Shown: in pieces, positions 54,667 through 64,000 of the stretch | How positions within the stretch are numbered: the first letter of the stretch is position 1 | Layout of the letters: each line of letters starts with the position of its first letter | Assembly: GCA_045632185.1 (NCBI GenBank) | Contig: JAZQWF010000056.1 | Coordinates: 28,168 to 92,167, forward strand | Direction of reading: 5' to 3' | From: Eubacteriales bacterium | Lineage (GTDB): Bacteria > Bacillota > Clostridia > Oscillospirales > CAG-272 | DNA length: 64,000 bases | Position numbers and translations under genes: made by a program | The notes under the pieces: model-generated | The model's input: only the letters and a program-made list of their open reading frames with translations | The model's database searches: none | Told to the model about the DNA's origin: nothing

Positions 54667-57039
54667 TTAAGCCCCCTCGCGCCGCTGCCAAAAGCTGTCC
54701 GCCGTGTGCATCTGACAAGCGTGATTATATGGCACAACGTCTTTTCCGATGCCGTATTTTTGCTTGCAATCGTATTTTACAGCATAATACGGTTCATTAT
54801 AGGTGAAATTTCGTCCCATATCAAGAGCGTTCCCGTCCCAGGTATAACCGGCGTCCTCCACGGCTACGGCATACGGAAAGCGCCTTTTCACACGCAAAAG
54901 CGCGGTCCTGAACAAACACTCGCAAGGGCAGCATTCCGTTGCGACACCGCCGTGATCGCAATACTCCACGCAAACGTGCCGATCGCATTTTTGTGCGGGC
55001 TCCGTTCCCTTTTTGAAATAGCCGTACTCCAATCGGTTGCCGCGCGGGTCCAGCAGGCACGCCTCGCACGGCAGCTTGCCGGAGTCCTTGCAATAGCGCA
55101 CTACAACGATATCATCCGGCGTTTCAAACTGCTTTTTTTGCGGCTCCCGCACAGAAAGCACCTCGCCCATTACCGCGTCAAATACGGCAAGCGCCGGATT
55201 TCCCTTTACGTCATTCAGCGGCTCCGGATACTCGTGTCCGTACCACACGCCGCAAAGCAGCTCCGGAGTGTAGCCCACGAACCATTTATCGCAATTTTTT
55301 CCCGTTGTACCCGTTTTCCCGGCAACGTCCGTCACGCGCTTTAAGGTCAGCGCTCGCCCAGTGCCGTCCTGCACAGCGCCGCGCAGCATCATCGTCAAGA
55401 TCGCGGCATCTGCCCGTTCCAACGCCCGCGTGCCGGCATCGCCGTTTTCCAAAAGCACGTTTCCGCGACTATCCTCCACGCGGTAAAAGCTCCGCGTTCC
55501 CGTATAAATCCCGTCATTTGCAAGCACCGTATATCCACCCACGACCTCGCGCAAGGTAACGCCCGTATGCTGCTGCCCCAGCGCCAGCGCCGCCGCGCCG
55601 AGATCGTTTTTCTCGCTCAGCGAGTAAAATCCAAGCTTTTCCTTCAAAAAAAGGTAGGAATTCCGCGCTCCCAGCTTTTGCAATATCTCTACGCAAACGG
55701 TGTTGACGGAATGCTTGACGGCCGTATTTACCGTGGTGAGCCCGCGGTAGATATTCGGTGCGTTGCGTGGCCAAGGCGCGCCGTTTTCCTTGAAATTCAG
55801 CGGAATATCGTCAAAAACTGTACCGTAGGTGATCAGATTGCGGGCAAGTGCGGGTGCATAAACGGAAAGCGGCTTGATCACAGAGCCCGACGGGCGCTTG
55901 CTATCTGCGGCAAAGCTTTGCACGCGATTGGAGGATTTTTGCCCGATCCCGCCCGCTACGGCAAGAATATCACCCGTATGCGGATCCACCAGTAAAAGCG
56001 CGCTCTGCGCCCGCTTTTCGCCCTTGTGCAACGGGAAATTTTCCTCTTTTTCATAGTAATCACTTACGATCCTTTGCAATTCGGGTGAGATCGCCGTATA
56101 GATTTTAAGCCCTCCGCAATACAGCATACGTGATGCTGCTGCCTCGCTCATTCCCTTTTGCGCCACCAGTGCTGCGATGACGTCATTGATCACCATATCC
56201 GCATACCAGGAATTTACCCGCCCTGCACGCGCCCGCTCGTTGACGCGCAAGTCCGTTCCAACGGATATTGCCTGCAAATACGTCTGCTCGTCTATACGCC
56301 CTTGGCCCCGCATCTCACCAAGGATCACGTCGCGTCGCGCACGGTTATTTTCCGCGTGGCGCACGGGATCGTATTTGGCGGGATTGTTGGTGATCGCCGC
56401 AATGGTCGCGGCCTCTCTTGCATCCAGCTCCGCCGGCTCCTTGGAAAAATATACGTTTGAGGCGGTGCGCACACCGTAGCAATTCTGAGCCAGATTTACC
56501 ACGTTCAGATATTGCTCTAATATTTCTTCCTTGGATAGCTTTTTTTCCAGATCTGCGGCGCGCAATATCTCCTCCACCTTGCGACGCACGCTGCGCTCGC
56601 TGTCCCCTGTCAAATTTTTTACCAGCTGCTGTGTGATGGTAGAGCCGCCAAAGCTCCCACCACCGCGTGCATATTGCCATACGGCCGCGCCGGTACGCCG
56701 CCAATCGATCCCGGCATGCTCAAAAAAGCGCTTATCTTCAATGGAAATAAAAGCGTCGATCAGATGCGGCGACATTTCCGAGAGCGGACACCACAGCGCA
56801 TTTTCGTAGCCGCTGACACGGTCGTCCGCAAGCTCGCACGCGTTCCCCGCGCTATCATAATAGTATAAGCGCGTCGTGCGATCGCCGGATAACAGCATCC
56901 CCTCGTCTATTTCGCCGTCCAGCGCCGTTCCCGCCCAGAAACCAAGCCCCAGCACAGCGAAAACGCCAATAACCGTTAACACAAGTCTTGCCGATAAATA
57001 AAAACGCAAAAGTCCCCTTCCGAATTTTCTAAACCACAT
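54667..57039 (-). CDS. class A penicillin-binding protein (PBP1A: glycosyltransferase + transpeptidase) with a Cys-rich C-terminal extension
   Basis: 790 aa counted from MWFRKFGRG (TM anchor). GT51 motifs are present (EDKRFFEHAGID, GGSTITQQLVKN), as are the transpeptidase motifs SVIK, SVN and KTGT. Confidence 0.9.
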   Translation of the reverse strand: MWFRKFGRGLLRFYLSARLVLTVIGVFAVLGLGFWAGTALDGEIDEGMLLSGDRTTRLYYYDSAGNACELADDRVSGYENALWCPLSEMSPHLIDAFISIEDKRFFEHAGIDWRRTGAAVWQYARGGGSFGGSTITQQLVKNLTGDSERSVRRKVEEILRAADLEKKLSKEEILEQYLNVVNLAQNCYGVRTASNVYFSKEPAELDAREAATIAAITNNPAKYDPVRHAENNRARRDVILGEMRGQGRIDEQTYLQAISVGTDLRVNERARAGRVNSWYADMVINDVIAALVAQKGMSEAAASRMLYCGGLKIYTAISPELQRIVSDYYEKEENFPLHKGEKRAQSALLLVDPHTGDILAVAGGIGQKSSNRVQSFAADSKRPSGSVIKPLSVYAPALARNLITYGTVFDDIPLNFKENGAPWPRNAPNIYRGLTTVNTAVKHSVNTVCVEILQKLGARNSYLFLKEKLGFYSLSEKNDLGAAALALGQQHTGVTLREVVGGYTVLANDGIYTGTRSFYRVEDSRGNVLLENGDAGTRALERADAAILTMMLRGAVQDGTGRALTLKRVTDVAGKTGTTGKNCDKWFVGYTPELLCGVWYGHEYPEPLNDVKGNPALAVFDAVMGEVLSVREPQKKQFETPDDIVVVRYCKDSGKLPCEACLLDPRGNRLEYGYFKKGTEPAQKCDRHVCVEYCDHGGVATECCPCECLFRTALLRVKRRFPYAVAVEDAGYTWDGNALDMGRNFTYNEPYYAVKYDCKQKYGIGKDVVPYNHACQMHTADSFWQRREGA

Positions 57040-57084
57040 AAAAAAACACCCCCGCTCATTGCAATTTTTCGCAATGATCGGGGG
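57040..57084 (-). terminator. rho-independent terminator of dnaE, abutting the PBP1A start
   Basis: On the minus strand the hairpin reads CCCCCGATCATTGC-GAAAAATT-GCAATGAGCGGGGG and is followed by TGTTTTTTT, which runs directly into the PBP1A ATG. Confidence 0.75.
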
Positions 57085-57124
57085 CTTCATTCTGCATATT
57101 TTATGGTGACTTTTGCGCTTTTTG

Positions 57125-60100
57125 TTATTTGGGGACAACGTTTTCAGCACCGAGAATTTTTTGCAGCTCGCGCAACGTATACGGGGTGCAATCAAATCCC
57201 ATTTCCTGCTTGTGATAGGTCTTTGTGGACGCGTCAAACACGGAAACGGGGGTATTTCCTTCAAAAATGTCCAGCAAATTTTTGGCGCGCAGGAACACAT
57301 CGGACACAAGATCCGGCACGCGCAAATACAAAATTTTCACGTTTTGAGGCGTCACAGACGCCGCTTTTGCGGAATTTGGTGCCTGTATGGGCGCTTTTTG
57401 CACGGGCTGCGGACGATTTTTCATCGTTTCGTTGTCATAAAGCTCCTCTATGCGTGAAACCATGATCTTGGGATTTTCCTCCTCACGCACGGAAAGATTG
57501 CCCTCCACGCGCACAACGCAATCCTCGCGCAGCACGTGACCGTAATCCTGCATAGCTTTCGGGAAAACGATGCACTCGATCTCGGCGTAGCGATCCTCTA
57601 CGGTAAAGAAGGCCATTCTCTCGTCGCGCTTGGTCGTTTTGCGGGTGATGGAGGTAATAATCCCCGCCACGCTGACGCGTGTGCGGTCTGCCATCACAAG
57701 CTCGCCCTCCGTATCCGTTTCCAAAACGTCACGGATCTGCGTGATGCCGGGCGCGGAAAGCGCCGTGGAAAAGCCGTCCAGCAAATGCCCCGAGAAATAC
57801 ATGCCCGAGGCCTCCTTTTCCTGCATCAAAAGCTCACGCAAGGAAAATTCCGGCAGCTGCGGGTACTCGATCTGCGGGCGTTCTACCCCGCCCATCGAGA
57901 AAATATCCAGCTGGCCTGTCAGCTCCGCACGTCCGCGGCTCTGAATGCGCTCCAAAAGCTGATCGCACACGGCAAGCAAACGACTGCGATAAACACCGAG
58001 CGCATCAAATGCGCCCGCCTTGATCAGCGCTTCGATCTGGCGCCGGTTCAAGTCCGAGCCGACCAAACGCTCCAAGAAATCATCAAAGGAGGTATATTTT
58101 CCGCCTTGTGCGCGTTCGCGCACAGCATTTTCAAGGAAATTTCTGCCCACGTTCTTCAAAGCAAGCAATCCGAAGCGGATATGATCGCCGCTGACGTGGA
58201 AATCCGCATTGGAGGCGTTGATATCCGGCGGCAGCACACGCACGCCGTATTTCCCTGCATCTGCAATATATTCCGCGATCTTGGGCATATTTCCAAGCTC
58301 GGAGGTCAGCAGCGCGGCAAAATACGCCTTGGGATAGTGCGCTTTGAGATACGCGGTGCGATAAGAGATCACAGCGTATGCCGCAGCGTGGCTCTTGTTG
58401 AACGCATAATGCGCAAAATCAGCCATATCCGCAAAGATCGCCTCGGCATCCTCTGCGGCAATACCGTTTTTCGCGCAACCGGCAAGGAACGCTTCGCGTT
58501 CCGCCTCCATCACGCCCGCCTTTTTCTTGGACATGGCGCGACGCACCACATCGGCGTGGCCGAAGGTATAGCCCGCCAGCTCGCGGAAGATCTGCATCAC
58601 CTGCTCCTGATACACCACACAGCCGTAGGTATTTTTCAAAATCGGCTCCATGGCAGGCGCGCGATAGGTGATCTTTTCCGGATTTTTTCTGTTTTCAATG
58701 AAGGTGGGAATGGAATCCATCGGGCCGGGACGGTAAAGCGCGATCGCCGCCACAATATCCTCAAAGGAGGAGGGCGCCAAATTCATCAGCATTTGCCGCA
58801 TACCGCCGGATTCCAGCTGGAAAAGCCCCGTTGTGCCGCCTTTTGCGATCAATTTATAGGTCGCGGGATCGTCCAGCGGGATCTTTTCAATATCAAAGCT
58901 CGGCTCGCTTTCGCGGATCTGCTGCACCGCATCGTTGATGATGGTCAGATAGCGCAGACCAAGGAAATCAAATTTCAAAAGTCCCAGCTCCGCAATGGTA
59001 TCCATATCGTATTGCGTCAGCGTTGCACCGTTACTGGTAGCAAGGGGCAGATACTCGGAAAGCGGACGCTCGGTGATCACCACGCCTGCGGCGTGAATGG
59101 AAAGATTGCGCGGCATTCCCTCCAAGGCCATTGCGAGGTCGATCAGGCGTTTATACTCGCTATTTCCCGTATAAAGTGCCTTCAAATCAGGCAATTGCAA
59201 CGCATGTGCAATGGTAATGCCCAGCTCGCGCGGCACGGCCTTGGCCACCGCATCTACGTCGGAATACGGCATGCCCAGCACACGTCCCACGTCACGGATC
59301 GCCGCACGTGCCGCCAGCGTACCGAAGGTCACGATCTGGCACACGCGCTCTCTGCCGTACTTTTCGGTCACGTAAGCGATGACCTCCTCGCGGCGGTTGT
59401 AGCAGAAATCCATATCAATATCGGGCATACTGACGCGCTCGGGGTTCAAAAAGCGCTCGAACAGCAGATCGTGATACAGCGAATCCACGTCGGTAATGCC
59501 AAGGAAAAAGGCCACAATGCTCCCCGCACCGGAGCCACGGCCGGGTCCTACGGGGATCTTGCGCGAGCGGGCGTAGTTGACGTAATCCTGCACGATCAGG
59601 AAATAGTCTGCGTAGCCCATCTTCACGATCACGGAAAGCTCATATTCCATGCGGTCCAGATACTCCTGCTCGCTATGACGGTCAAAATGAAGCAGTCCCG
59701 CATTCTTTCTGGCCTCGTACCCTTGCGCGGCCAAGGCGCGCAAATGCGTTTCGGCGCTCTCACCCGCAGGGCACGGGAATTTTGGAAGATGCGTCTTGGA
59801 AAAGTCAAAATCAAAGTTACAGCGCGCGGCGATCCTGGCGGTATTTTCGATCGCGCCCGCGTATCTGCCGAACAGCATTTCCATTTCATTGCCGTCCTTA
59901 TAGTAAAACTCATCGGTTTCAAATCCGATGGGGCGGCCGTTGTCCAGCTGGTTGTTCGTCTGGATGCAAAGCAGCACCGCTTGCATCTCGGCATCGCTTC
60001 TGCGCAGGTAGTGGCAATCGTTCGTTGCCACCAGCGGAAGGTCGCAATCCTCGGCCAGCTTCACAAGGTCGGGAAGGACCTGTTTTTGCTCTTCAAGGCC

Positions 60101-60631
60101 GTGGTTTTGCAATTCTATATAAAAATTGTCCTTTCCAAAGATAACAGACAACTCTTTTGCATAGTTGCACGCAGAGGTATAATCCCCACGCAAAAGCAGC
60201 TGCGGGATACGTCCGGCAAGACAACCGGACAGCGCGATCAATCCCTCGTGATGGTCGCGCAGCAATTCCAGATCCACGCGCGGCTTGCTGTAAAATCCCT
60301 CAGTGAAAGCGCGGGAAACAAGGTGTGTGAGATTGCGATATCCGACCTCGTTTTCGCAAAGCAGCACCAGATGATGGGGGTGCGCATCACCGCTCCCCTT
60401 TTCAAAGCGAGTGCGCGGAGCCACGTAGATCTCGCACCCGATGATCGGCTTGATCCCCTCGCGCTTGCAAGCGCGGTAGAACTCCACCGCCCCGTACATC
60501 ACGCCATGATCGGTCAGGGCCACGGCGGTATGGCCGCACTCCTTGGCGCGCTTCGGGATCTCGCTCGTGCGGCAAGCGCCGTCCAACAAGCTGTATTCGC
60601 TATGCAAATGCAAATGGACAAAATCCGACAT
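57125..60631 (-). CDS. dnaE: DNA polymerase III alpha subunit (DnaE type)
   Basis: 1168 aa counted from MSDFVHLHLHSEYSLLDG (PHP domain). It has the polymerase core (PDIDMDF) and a C-terminal OB fold. Confidence 0.97.
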   Translation of the reverse strand: MSDFVHLHLHSEYSLLDGACRTSEIPKRAKECGHTAVALTDHGVMYGAVEFYRACKREGIKPIIGCEIYVAPRTRFEKGSGDAHPHHLVLLCENEVGYRNLTHLVSRAFTEGFYSKPRVDLELLRDHHEGLIALSGCLAGRIPQLLLRGDYTSACNYAKELSVIFGKDNFYIELQNHGLEEQKQVLPDLVKLAEDCDLPLVATNDCHYLRRSDAEMQAVLLCIQTNNQLDNGRPIGFETDEFYYKDGNEMEMLFGRYAGAIENTARIAARCNFDFDFSKTHLPKFPCPAGESAETHLRALAAQGYEARKNAGLLHFDRHSEQEYLDRMEYELSVIVKMGYADYFLIVQDYVNYARSRKIPVGPGRGSGAGSIVAFFLGITDVDSLYHDLLFERFLNPERVSMPDIDMDFCYNRREEVIAYVTEKYGRERVCQIVTFGTLAARAAIRDVGRVLGMPYSDVDAVAKAVPRELGITIAHALQLPDLKALYTGNSEYKRLIDLAMALEGMPRNLSIHAAGVVITERPLSEYLPLATSNGATLTQYDMDTIAELGLLKFDFLGLRYLTIINDAVQQIRESEPSFDIEKIPLDDPATYKLIAKGGTTGLFQLESGGMRQMLMNLAPSSFEDIVAAIALYRPGPMDSIPTFIENRKNPEKITYRAPAMEPILKNTYGCVVYQEQVMQIFRELAGYTFGHADVVRRAMSKKKAGVMEAEREAFLAGCAKNGIAAEDAEAIFADMADFAHYAFNKSHAAAYAVISYRTAYLKAHYPKAYFAALLTSELGNMPKIAEYIADAGKYGVRVLPPDINASNADFHVSGDHIRFGLLALKNVGRNFLENAVRERAQGGKYTSFDDFLERLVGSDLNRRQIEALIKAGAFDALGVYRSRLLAVCDQLLERIQSRGRAELTGQLDIFSMGGVERPQIEYPQLPEFSLRELLMQEKEASGMYFSGHLLDGFSTALSAPGITQIRDVLETDTEGELVMADRTRVSVAGIITSITRKTTKRDERMAFFTVEDRYAEIECIVFPKAMQDYGHVLREDCVVRVEGNLSVREEENPKIMVSRIEELYDNETMKNRPQPVQKAPIQAPNSAKAASVTPQNVKILYLRVPDLVSDVFLRAKNLLDIFEGNTPVSVFDASTKTYHKQEMGFDCTPYTLRELQKILGAENVVPK

Positions 60632-60651
60632 TTTCTTCCCTTTCCCCACCC

Positions 60652-61530
60652 TTAATCGGCGGATTTTTTCTGTTCTTGTGCTTCTTCCTTAGCCAGTGCC
60701 TCGGCACCTGCGGCCAGAATTTTTTGCAAACGGTGATTAAGCCCCGATTTGGTAATGGGGGGATTGTGTAAATAAGCCAGCTCTTTGAGCGAGGCGGAGG
60801 GATTTTCCACGCGCAGCGTGGCCGTTTCTTGCAGCTCCGCCGGCAATTCCGGCAACAGGTTCATACGCTTTAACACCTCAATCGCATCACGCACGCGGGC
60901 AGAGGCGTCCACAGCACGGGCAATATTGCTGGTTTCGCAGTTGGTAACGCGATTTTCCGCATTTTTGATCTCATGCTCGATCTTGGCATTGATCAATCCG
61001 AACAGGGATTGATTGGCCCCTAAGGTGCTCAGCATATCCTCGATCACATTACTATTCTTGATATAGATACCAAGGCCGCCGCCTTTTAACTTGCGGCACC
61101 CTGCATTCCATTCCTTTTTTTCCAGCAATTCCGCCAAAAAAGCCACCTTTTCGGGATTGGAAAGACGAAATTCCAAGTGATATCCCTTCGCAGGATCGGT
61201 GGCAGAGCCGCAGGAAACGAAAAGTCCGCGCAAAAAGTTAGCCGCGCAATGCTCACAGGCAAAAACGGGCGGATTTTGATATTCTGCGTAAAGCTCTGCG
61301 GAGGGAAAAAGCAATGCGGTACCGTTGAGCAGCGCTGTTCGGCGGTATTGCTCACGGAACGCTTGCGCACACTCACGGCGCGCCGCTGCACCCGAAAGCA
61401 CCAGCACAAGACAGTTTTCACGCAGCTCGCGCACGTCATACAGCAGTCCCTGCGCATAGGCGCGACGGCAGCATTTGCCACGCGGTGCGCCGTCAATCAG
61501 TTCTTCCTTTAAAATAAGTGAATAATTCAT
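60652..61530 (-). CDS. whiA: DNA-binding protein WhiA
   Basis: 292 aa. There are degenerate LAGLIDADG-like repeats and a C-terminal HTH (LKELAYLHNPPITKSGLNHRLQKI). Confidence 0.9.
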   Translation of the reverse strand: MNYSLILKEELIDGAPRGKCCRRAYAQGLLYDVRELRENCLVLVLSGAAARRECAQAFREQYRRTALLNGTALLFPSAELYAEYQNPPVFACEHCAANFLRGLFVSCGSATDPAKGYHLEFRLSNPEKVAFLAELLEKKEWNAGCRKLKGGGLGIYIKNSNVIEDMLSTLGANQSLFGLINAKIEHEIKNAENRVTNCETSNIARAVDASARVRDAIEVLKRMNLLPELPAELQETATLRVENPSASLKELAYLHNPPITKSGLNHRLQKILAAGAEALAKEEAQEQKKSAD

Positions 61531-61532
61531 GC

Positions 61533-62438
61533 TCAGTTTGAAATGATCCTGATCTCGCTTTCAAGGATCATTCCCCTTTCCTTTTCTGCTTTTTTCTGTA
61601 TTTCCTGCATCAATTTTTTGACGTCTGCGGCGCTTGCATCGCCTCGGTTCAGGATAAATGCGGCGTGCTTTTGCGACACCTCAGCTCCGCCAATACGCAG
61701 TCCCTTGCACCCCAGCTCATCTAAAAATTTTCCAATGGAAATTTCCTCGCAGGGGCGCTTGAAAGCGCAGCCCGCGCTTGGCAAATTCAGGGGTTGTGCC
61801 TCTTTCCTGAGCGCCTTTAAGCGCTTTATTTCGGCAAGCAGATCGCACGGATCCGCATTGCCGTTCAATGTAAGCTCCGCGCTCAAAAACAAGGCGTTTT
61901 TGTATTGATTTCCGCAATTTCTATACAATGCGTTCTTTTGGAAATTAAAATCGGTTTTTATTTCACCCGTGGTTAAATACAAGAGCTTCACGCATTTCAC
62001 AACGTTTGAAAGCTGTTTCCCATGCGCCCCCGCATTCATGGCAAGTGCCCCACCAAGTGTGGCCGGAATACCGCAAAGCTCTTGTATTCCCGAAAGGCCG
62101 TGACGGGCGGCGACGTTGCAGATCAGCGGCAAGGAGGCGCCGCAGCCGGCGCGGACCCCCTTTGTTAAGACGCGGATATTGTGAAGCGCTGCCGTGCGGA
62201 TCACCGCAAGGTGAAGATAGCCGTCCTCAAACAGCACGTTGCTTCCGTTTCCCAGAATTTCAAAGGGATAATCCCCCCGCTTGCAAAGCGCGATCGCTTC
62301 GCACAATTCCCCCTCACAGCGCGGCTCGATCACAAGCGCCACCGTACCGCCGATGCGAAAGGTGCACAGTTCTCTTGCCGATACGTCTGCACGACACGGA
62401 ATATCCCGTTCCTTTAACCTCTTTTCAAGCGCCCTCAC
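61533..62438 (-). CDS. murB: UDP-N-acetylenolpyruvoylglucosamine reductase
   Basis: 301 aa. It has the FAD-binding region (FRIGGTVALV...ILGNGSNVLF) and a C-terminal MurB domain (PSAGCAFKRP). Confidence 0.93.
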   Translation of the reverse strand: MRALEKRLKERDIPCRADVSARELCTFRIGGTVALVIEPRCEGELCEAIALCKRGDYPFEILGNGSNVLFEDGYLHLAVIRTAALHNIRVLTKGVRAGCGASLPLICNVAARHGLSGIQELCGIPATLGGALAMNAGAHGKQLSNVVKCVKLLYLTTGEIKTDFNFQKNALYRNCGNQYKNALFLSAELTLNGNADPCDLLAEIKRLKALRKEAQPLNLPSAGCAFKRPCEEISIGKFLDELGCKGLRIGGAEVSQKHAAFILNRGDASAADVKKLMQEIQKKAEKERGMILESEIRIISN

Positions 62439-63127
62439 TCGCCAAGCACCAGGGAGATCAGCTCCTCGGGTGCTGTGATCGTGTAGGTGATGGGAAGGTC
62501 TGCGGGTGCGGGCTTTCCGGCGGGATTGAACCAGCAGGTATCAATTCCCGCACCGATGCCGCCGCGTATATCGGAGGAAAGCGAATCCCCTACAACAAGC
62601 GCTTTTTCGCGCTCAAAGTGTGGAATACGCGCCGCAACGGTATCAAAATAGAGCAAGCTCGGCTTTTCTGCGCCGATCTCCTCGGAAATAAAGATCTCCT
62701 GCACGAGCTTTCGCAAGGGAGAGGGCTCAAAGCGTCCGCGCTGTACCGAGGCGATGCCGTTGGTGATGATATACAGCTTGCAATGCTTGGCAAGCTCACG
62801 ACAAGCTTCCAGCGCTCCCGAAATCAGATATCCTTTCGTAGAAAGGGCGTCGGTATAACCGGTGGCAAGGCGCGGTACGTCGATCTCAAACCCATAATGA
62901 CGGCAAAATTCCGCAAAGCGGGCCACGCGAAGCGCAGATTTTTCGATCTCTCCGCGTTCCAGCATCTTCCAGAAGCGGTCGTTGATGGTGCTGTAAGTGG
63001 CGACCATCTCCTCGTTCGGCTCAATTCCCGCCGCACGGAGCGCATCGCACAGTGCGTCATGCTCGCAGCGCGCAAAATCAAACAGCGTTTGGTCTGCGTC
63101 CAGCAGCAAAAACTCGTATTTTGCCAT
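62435..63127 (-). CDS. HAD-superfamily hydrolase (subfamily IA, YjjG-like)
   Basis: 230 aa. Motif I is LLLDADQTLFDF, motif II is ITNG and motif IV is VGDSLSSDI. Confidence 0.85.
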   Translation of the reverse strand: MAKYEFLLLDADQTLFDFARCEHDALCDALRAAGIEPNEEMVATYSTINDRFWKMLERGEIEKSALRVARFAEFCRHYGFEIDVPRLATGYTDALSTKGYLISGALEACRELAKHCKLYIITNGIASVQRGRFEPSPLRKLVQEIFISEEIGAEKPSLLYFDTVAARIPHFEREKALVVGDSLSSDIRGGIGAGIDTCWFNPAGKPAPADLPITYTITAPEELISLVLGE

Positions 63128-63273
63128 ATTCTATCACCTGCCTTTTTCTCATTATAACGGATTTTGCCGAAAAATTCAATACAAATCGCCAAGTTTCTCA
63201 TTTTTTGTATTGCAATATATTAAATTTTGTAGTATAATATACGATGTATATTTTTATTCAGGAGGTTGCTGAT

Positions 63274-64000
63274 ATGTCTAAGATGAAAAATGAGATCCGT
63301 GTTGGTCTTGTCGGCTACGGCTTCATGGGAAAAACGCATGCATGGGCGATCGCCAATCTCCCCTTTTTCTTTGAGGAGCTCCCCTTTACCGTAAAAATCA
63401 CAGGAGTGGTCACGCGCTCGATGGAAAAATCCGAAGCCGTGGCAAAGGCACTTGGCGCAACTGCTTATGAGAGCGAGGACGCGCTGATCGCCTCTGACGT
63501 AGACGTGATCGATATCTGTACGCCCAATATCTGCCACGCCGATACCGCGCGCAAGGCCTTGCTTGCCGGAAAGCATCTTTATTGCGAAAAACCGCTGGCC
63601 GACACGCTTGCAAACGCCAAGGAAATGGCCGATCTTGCCGAAAAATCGGGTAAGATCTGCACGGCGGTCTTCAATAACCGCCATATGGCGGCCGTCTGCC
63701 GCGCCAAGGAGCTGATCGATGAGGGACGACTTGGCCGTATCCTCACCTACCAATTCGATTATCTGCACAATTCCTGTGCCGATCCCGAAAAAAAGGCCGG
63801 CTGGAAGCAGACCGCCGAGATCTGCGGCGAGGGCGGCGTGCTGTTCGACCTCGGATCTCATATTTTAGACCTTGCCGTATTCCTTTGCGGCACGATCAAA
63901 GCCGTCAACGGCAAAAGCCAGATCGCATTCCCCACCCGTACGGGCATGGACGGCAAGCCCTGGCAAACGGACGCCTCCGAGGCGTTTTATATGCGCACGG
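63274..64000 (+). CDS. Gfo/Idh/MocA-family oxidoreductase (3' end beyond the window)
   Basis: This is absent from the ORF track because there is no stop within the window. My hand translation from the ATG at 63274 (AGGAGG ribosome-binding site) is MSKMKNEIRVGLVGYGFMGKTHAWAI...DVIDICTPNICHAD...GKHLYCEKPLA, showing a Rossmann fold and the EKP motif. Confidence 0.85.
   Translation, partial: MSKMKNEIRVGLVGYGFMGKTHAWAIANLPFFFEELPFTVKITGVVTRSMEKSEAVAKALGATAYESEDALIASDVDVIDICTPNICHADTARKALLAGKHLYCEKPLADTLANAKEMADLAEKSGKICTAVFNNRHMAAVCRAKELIDEGRLGRILTYQFDYLHNSCADPEKKAGWKQTAEICGEGGVLFDLGSHILDLAVFLCGTIKAVNGKSQIAFPTRTGMDGKPWQTDASEAFYMRT

Noticed and set aside
57536-60655. A 1039-aa + strand ORF antisense to dnaE. 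The same applies to 47367..49673 (secA), 42394..44769 (pcrA), 32801..34432 (thrC), 35351..36997 (tig), 20904..22244 (rhaA), 17819..18847 (ABC), 15665..16669 (aldehyde dehydrogenase), 62006..63157 (murB/HAD) and 63220..63861 (Gfo).
   Set aside because: All of these are antisense shadows of genes with strong family motifs. None has a ribosome-binding site or recognisable domains.

Overview
This window looks like part of the chromosome of a moderately GC-rich, endospore-forming Firmicute, probably a member of the Clostridia. The evidence is the presence of spoIIID, cwlD, pdaA, whiA and a DUF1540 gene, together with AGGAGG-type ribosome-binding sites. I support about 58 protein-coding genes. Almost all are housekeeping: polA, radA, metF plus a split metH, acpP, comEC, an AraC regulator with rhaA, apgM-like, lepB, rbgA, rnhB, yraN, thrC, tig-clpP-clpX, two NodB deacetylases including a pdaA-like one, pcrA, secA, trmL, mnmA, PBP1A, dnaE, whiA and murB. 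I saw no rRNA, tRNA or CRISPR array. Many long ORFs in the track are antisense shadows of these genes, and I rejected them. The standout is a 2.3-kb insertion at 25495-27818, just downstream of spoIIID and bounded by an exact 16-bp direct repeat. It carries only three things: about 630 bp of hairpin-dense GC-rich non-coding DNA with a near-consensus promoter, a two-tyrosine HUH rolling-circle Rep (Microviridae gpA/VP4-like motifs), and a 188-aa tyrosine recombinase that has the catalytic domain only. Three aspects of its att architecture are unusual. The junction core sites differ only in half of the central region. An inverted copy of the element-side att core lies about 100 nt inside the left end and could fold into a forked hairpin. 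A phiX174-like ACTTGATAT motif sits just upstream of rep. Together these suggest a minimal element that integrates as single-stranded DNA, similar in logic to CTXphi or integron attC sites but with its own recombinase. That is an inference and needs testing. Next to it is a roughly 600-bp ORF-less, repeat-rich AT-rich tract. Lesser points of interest are two AT-rich orphan genes (a membrane-anchored NERD/zinc-ribbon protein and an unknown anchored protein), a 21-cysteine protein behind a sigmaK-like promoter, an unannotated 42-aa Q/N-rich micro-ORF, and a Lys/Thr/Ala-repeat tail on trigger factor.
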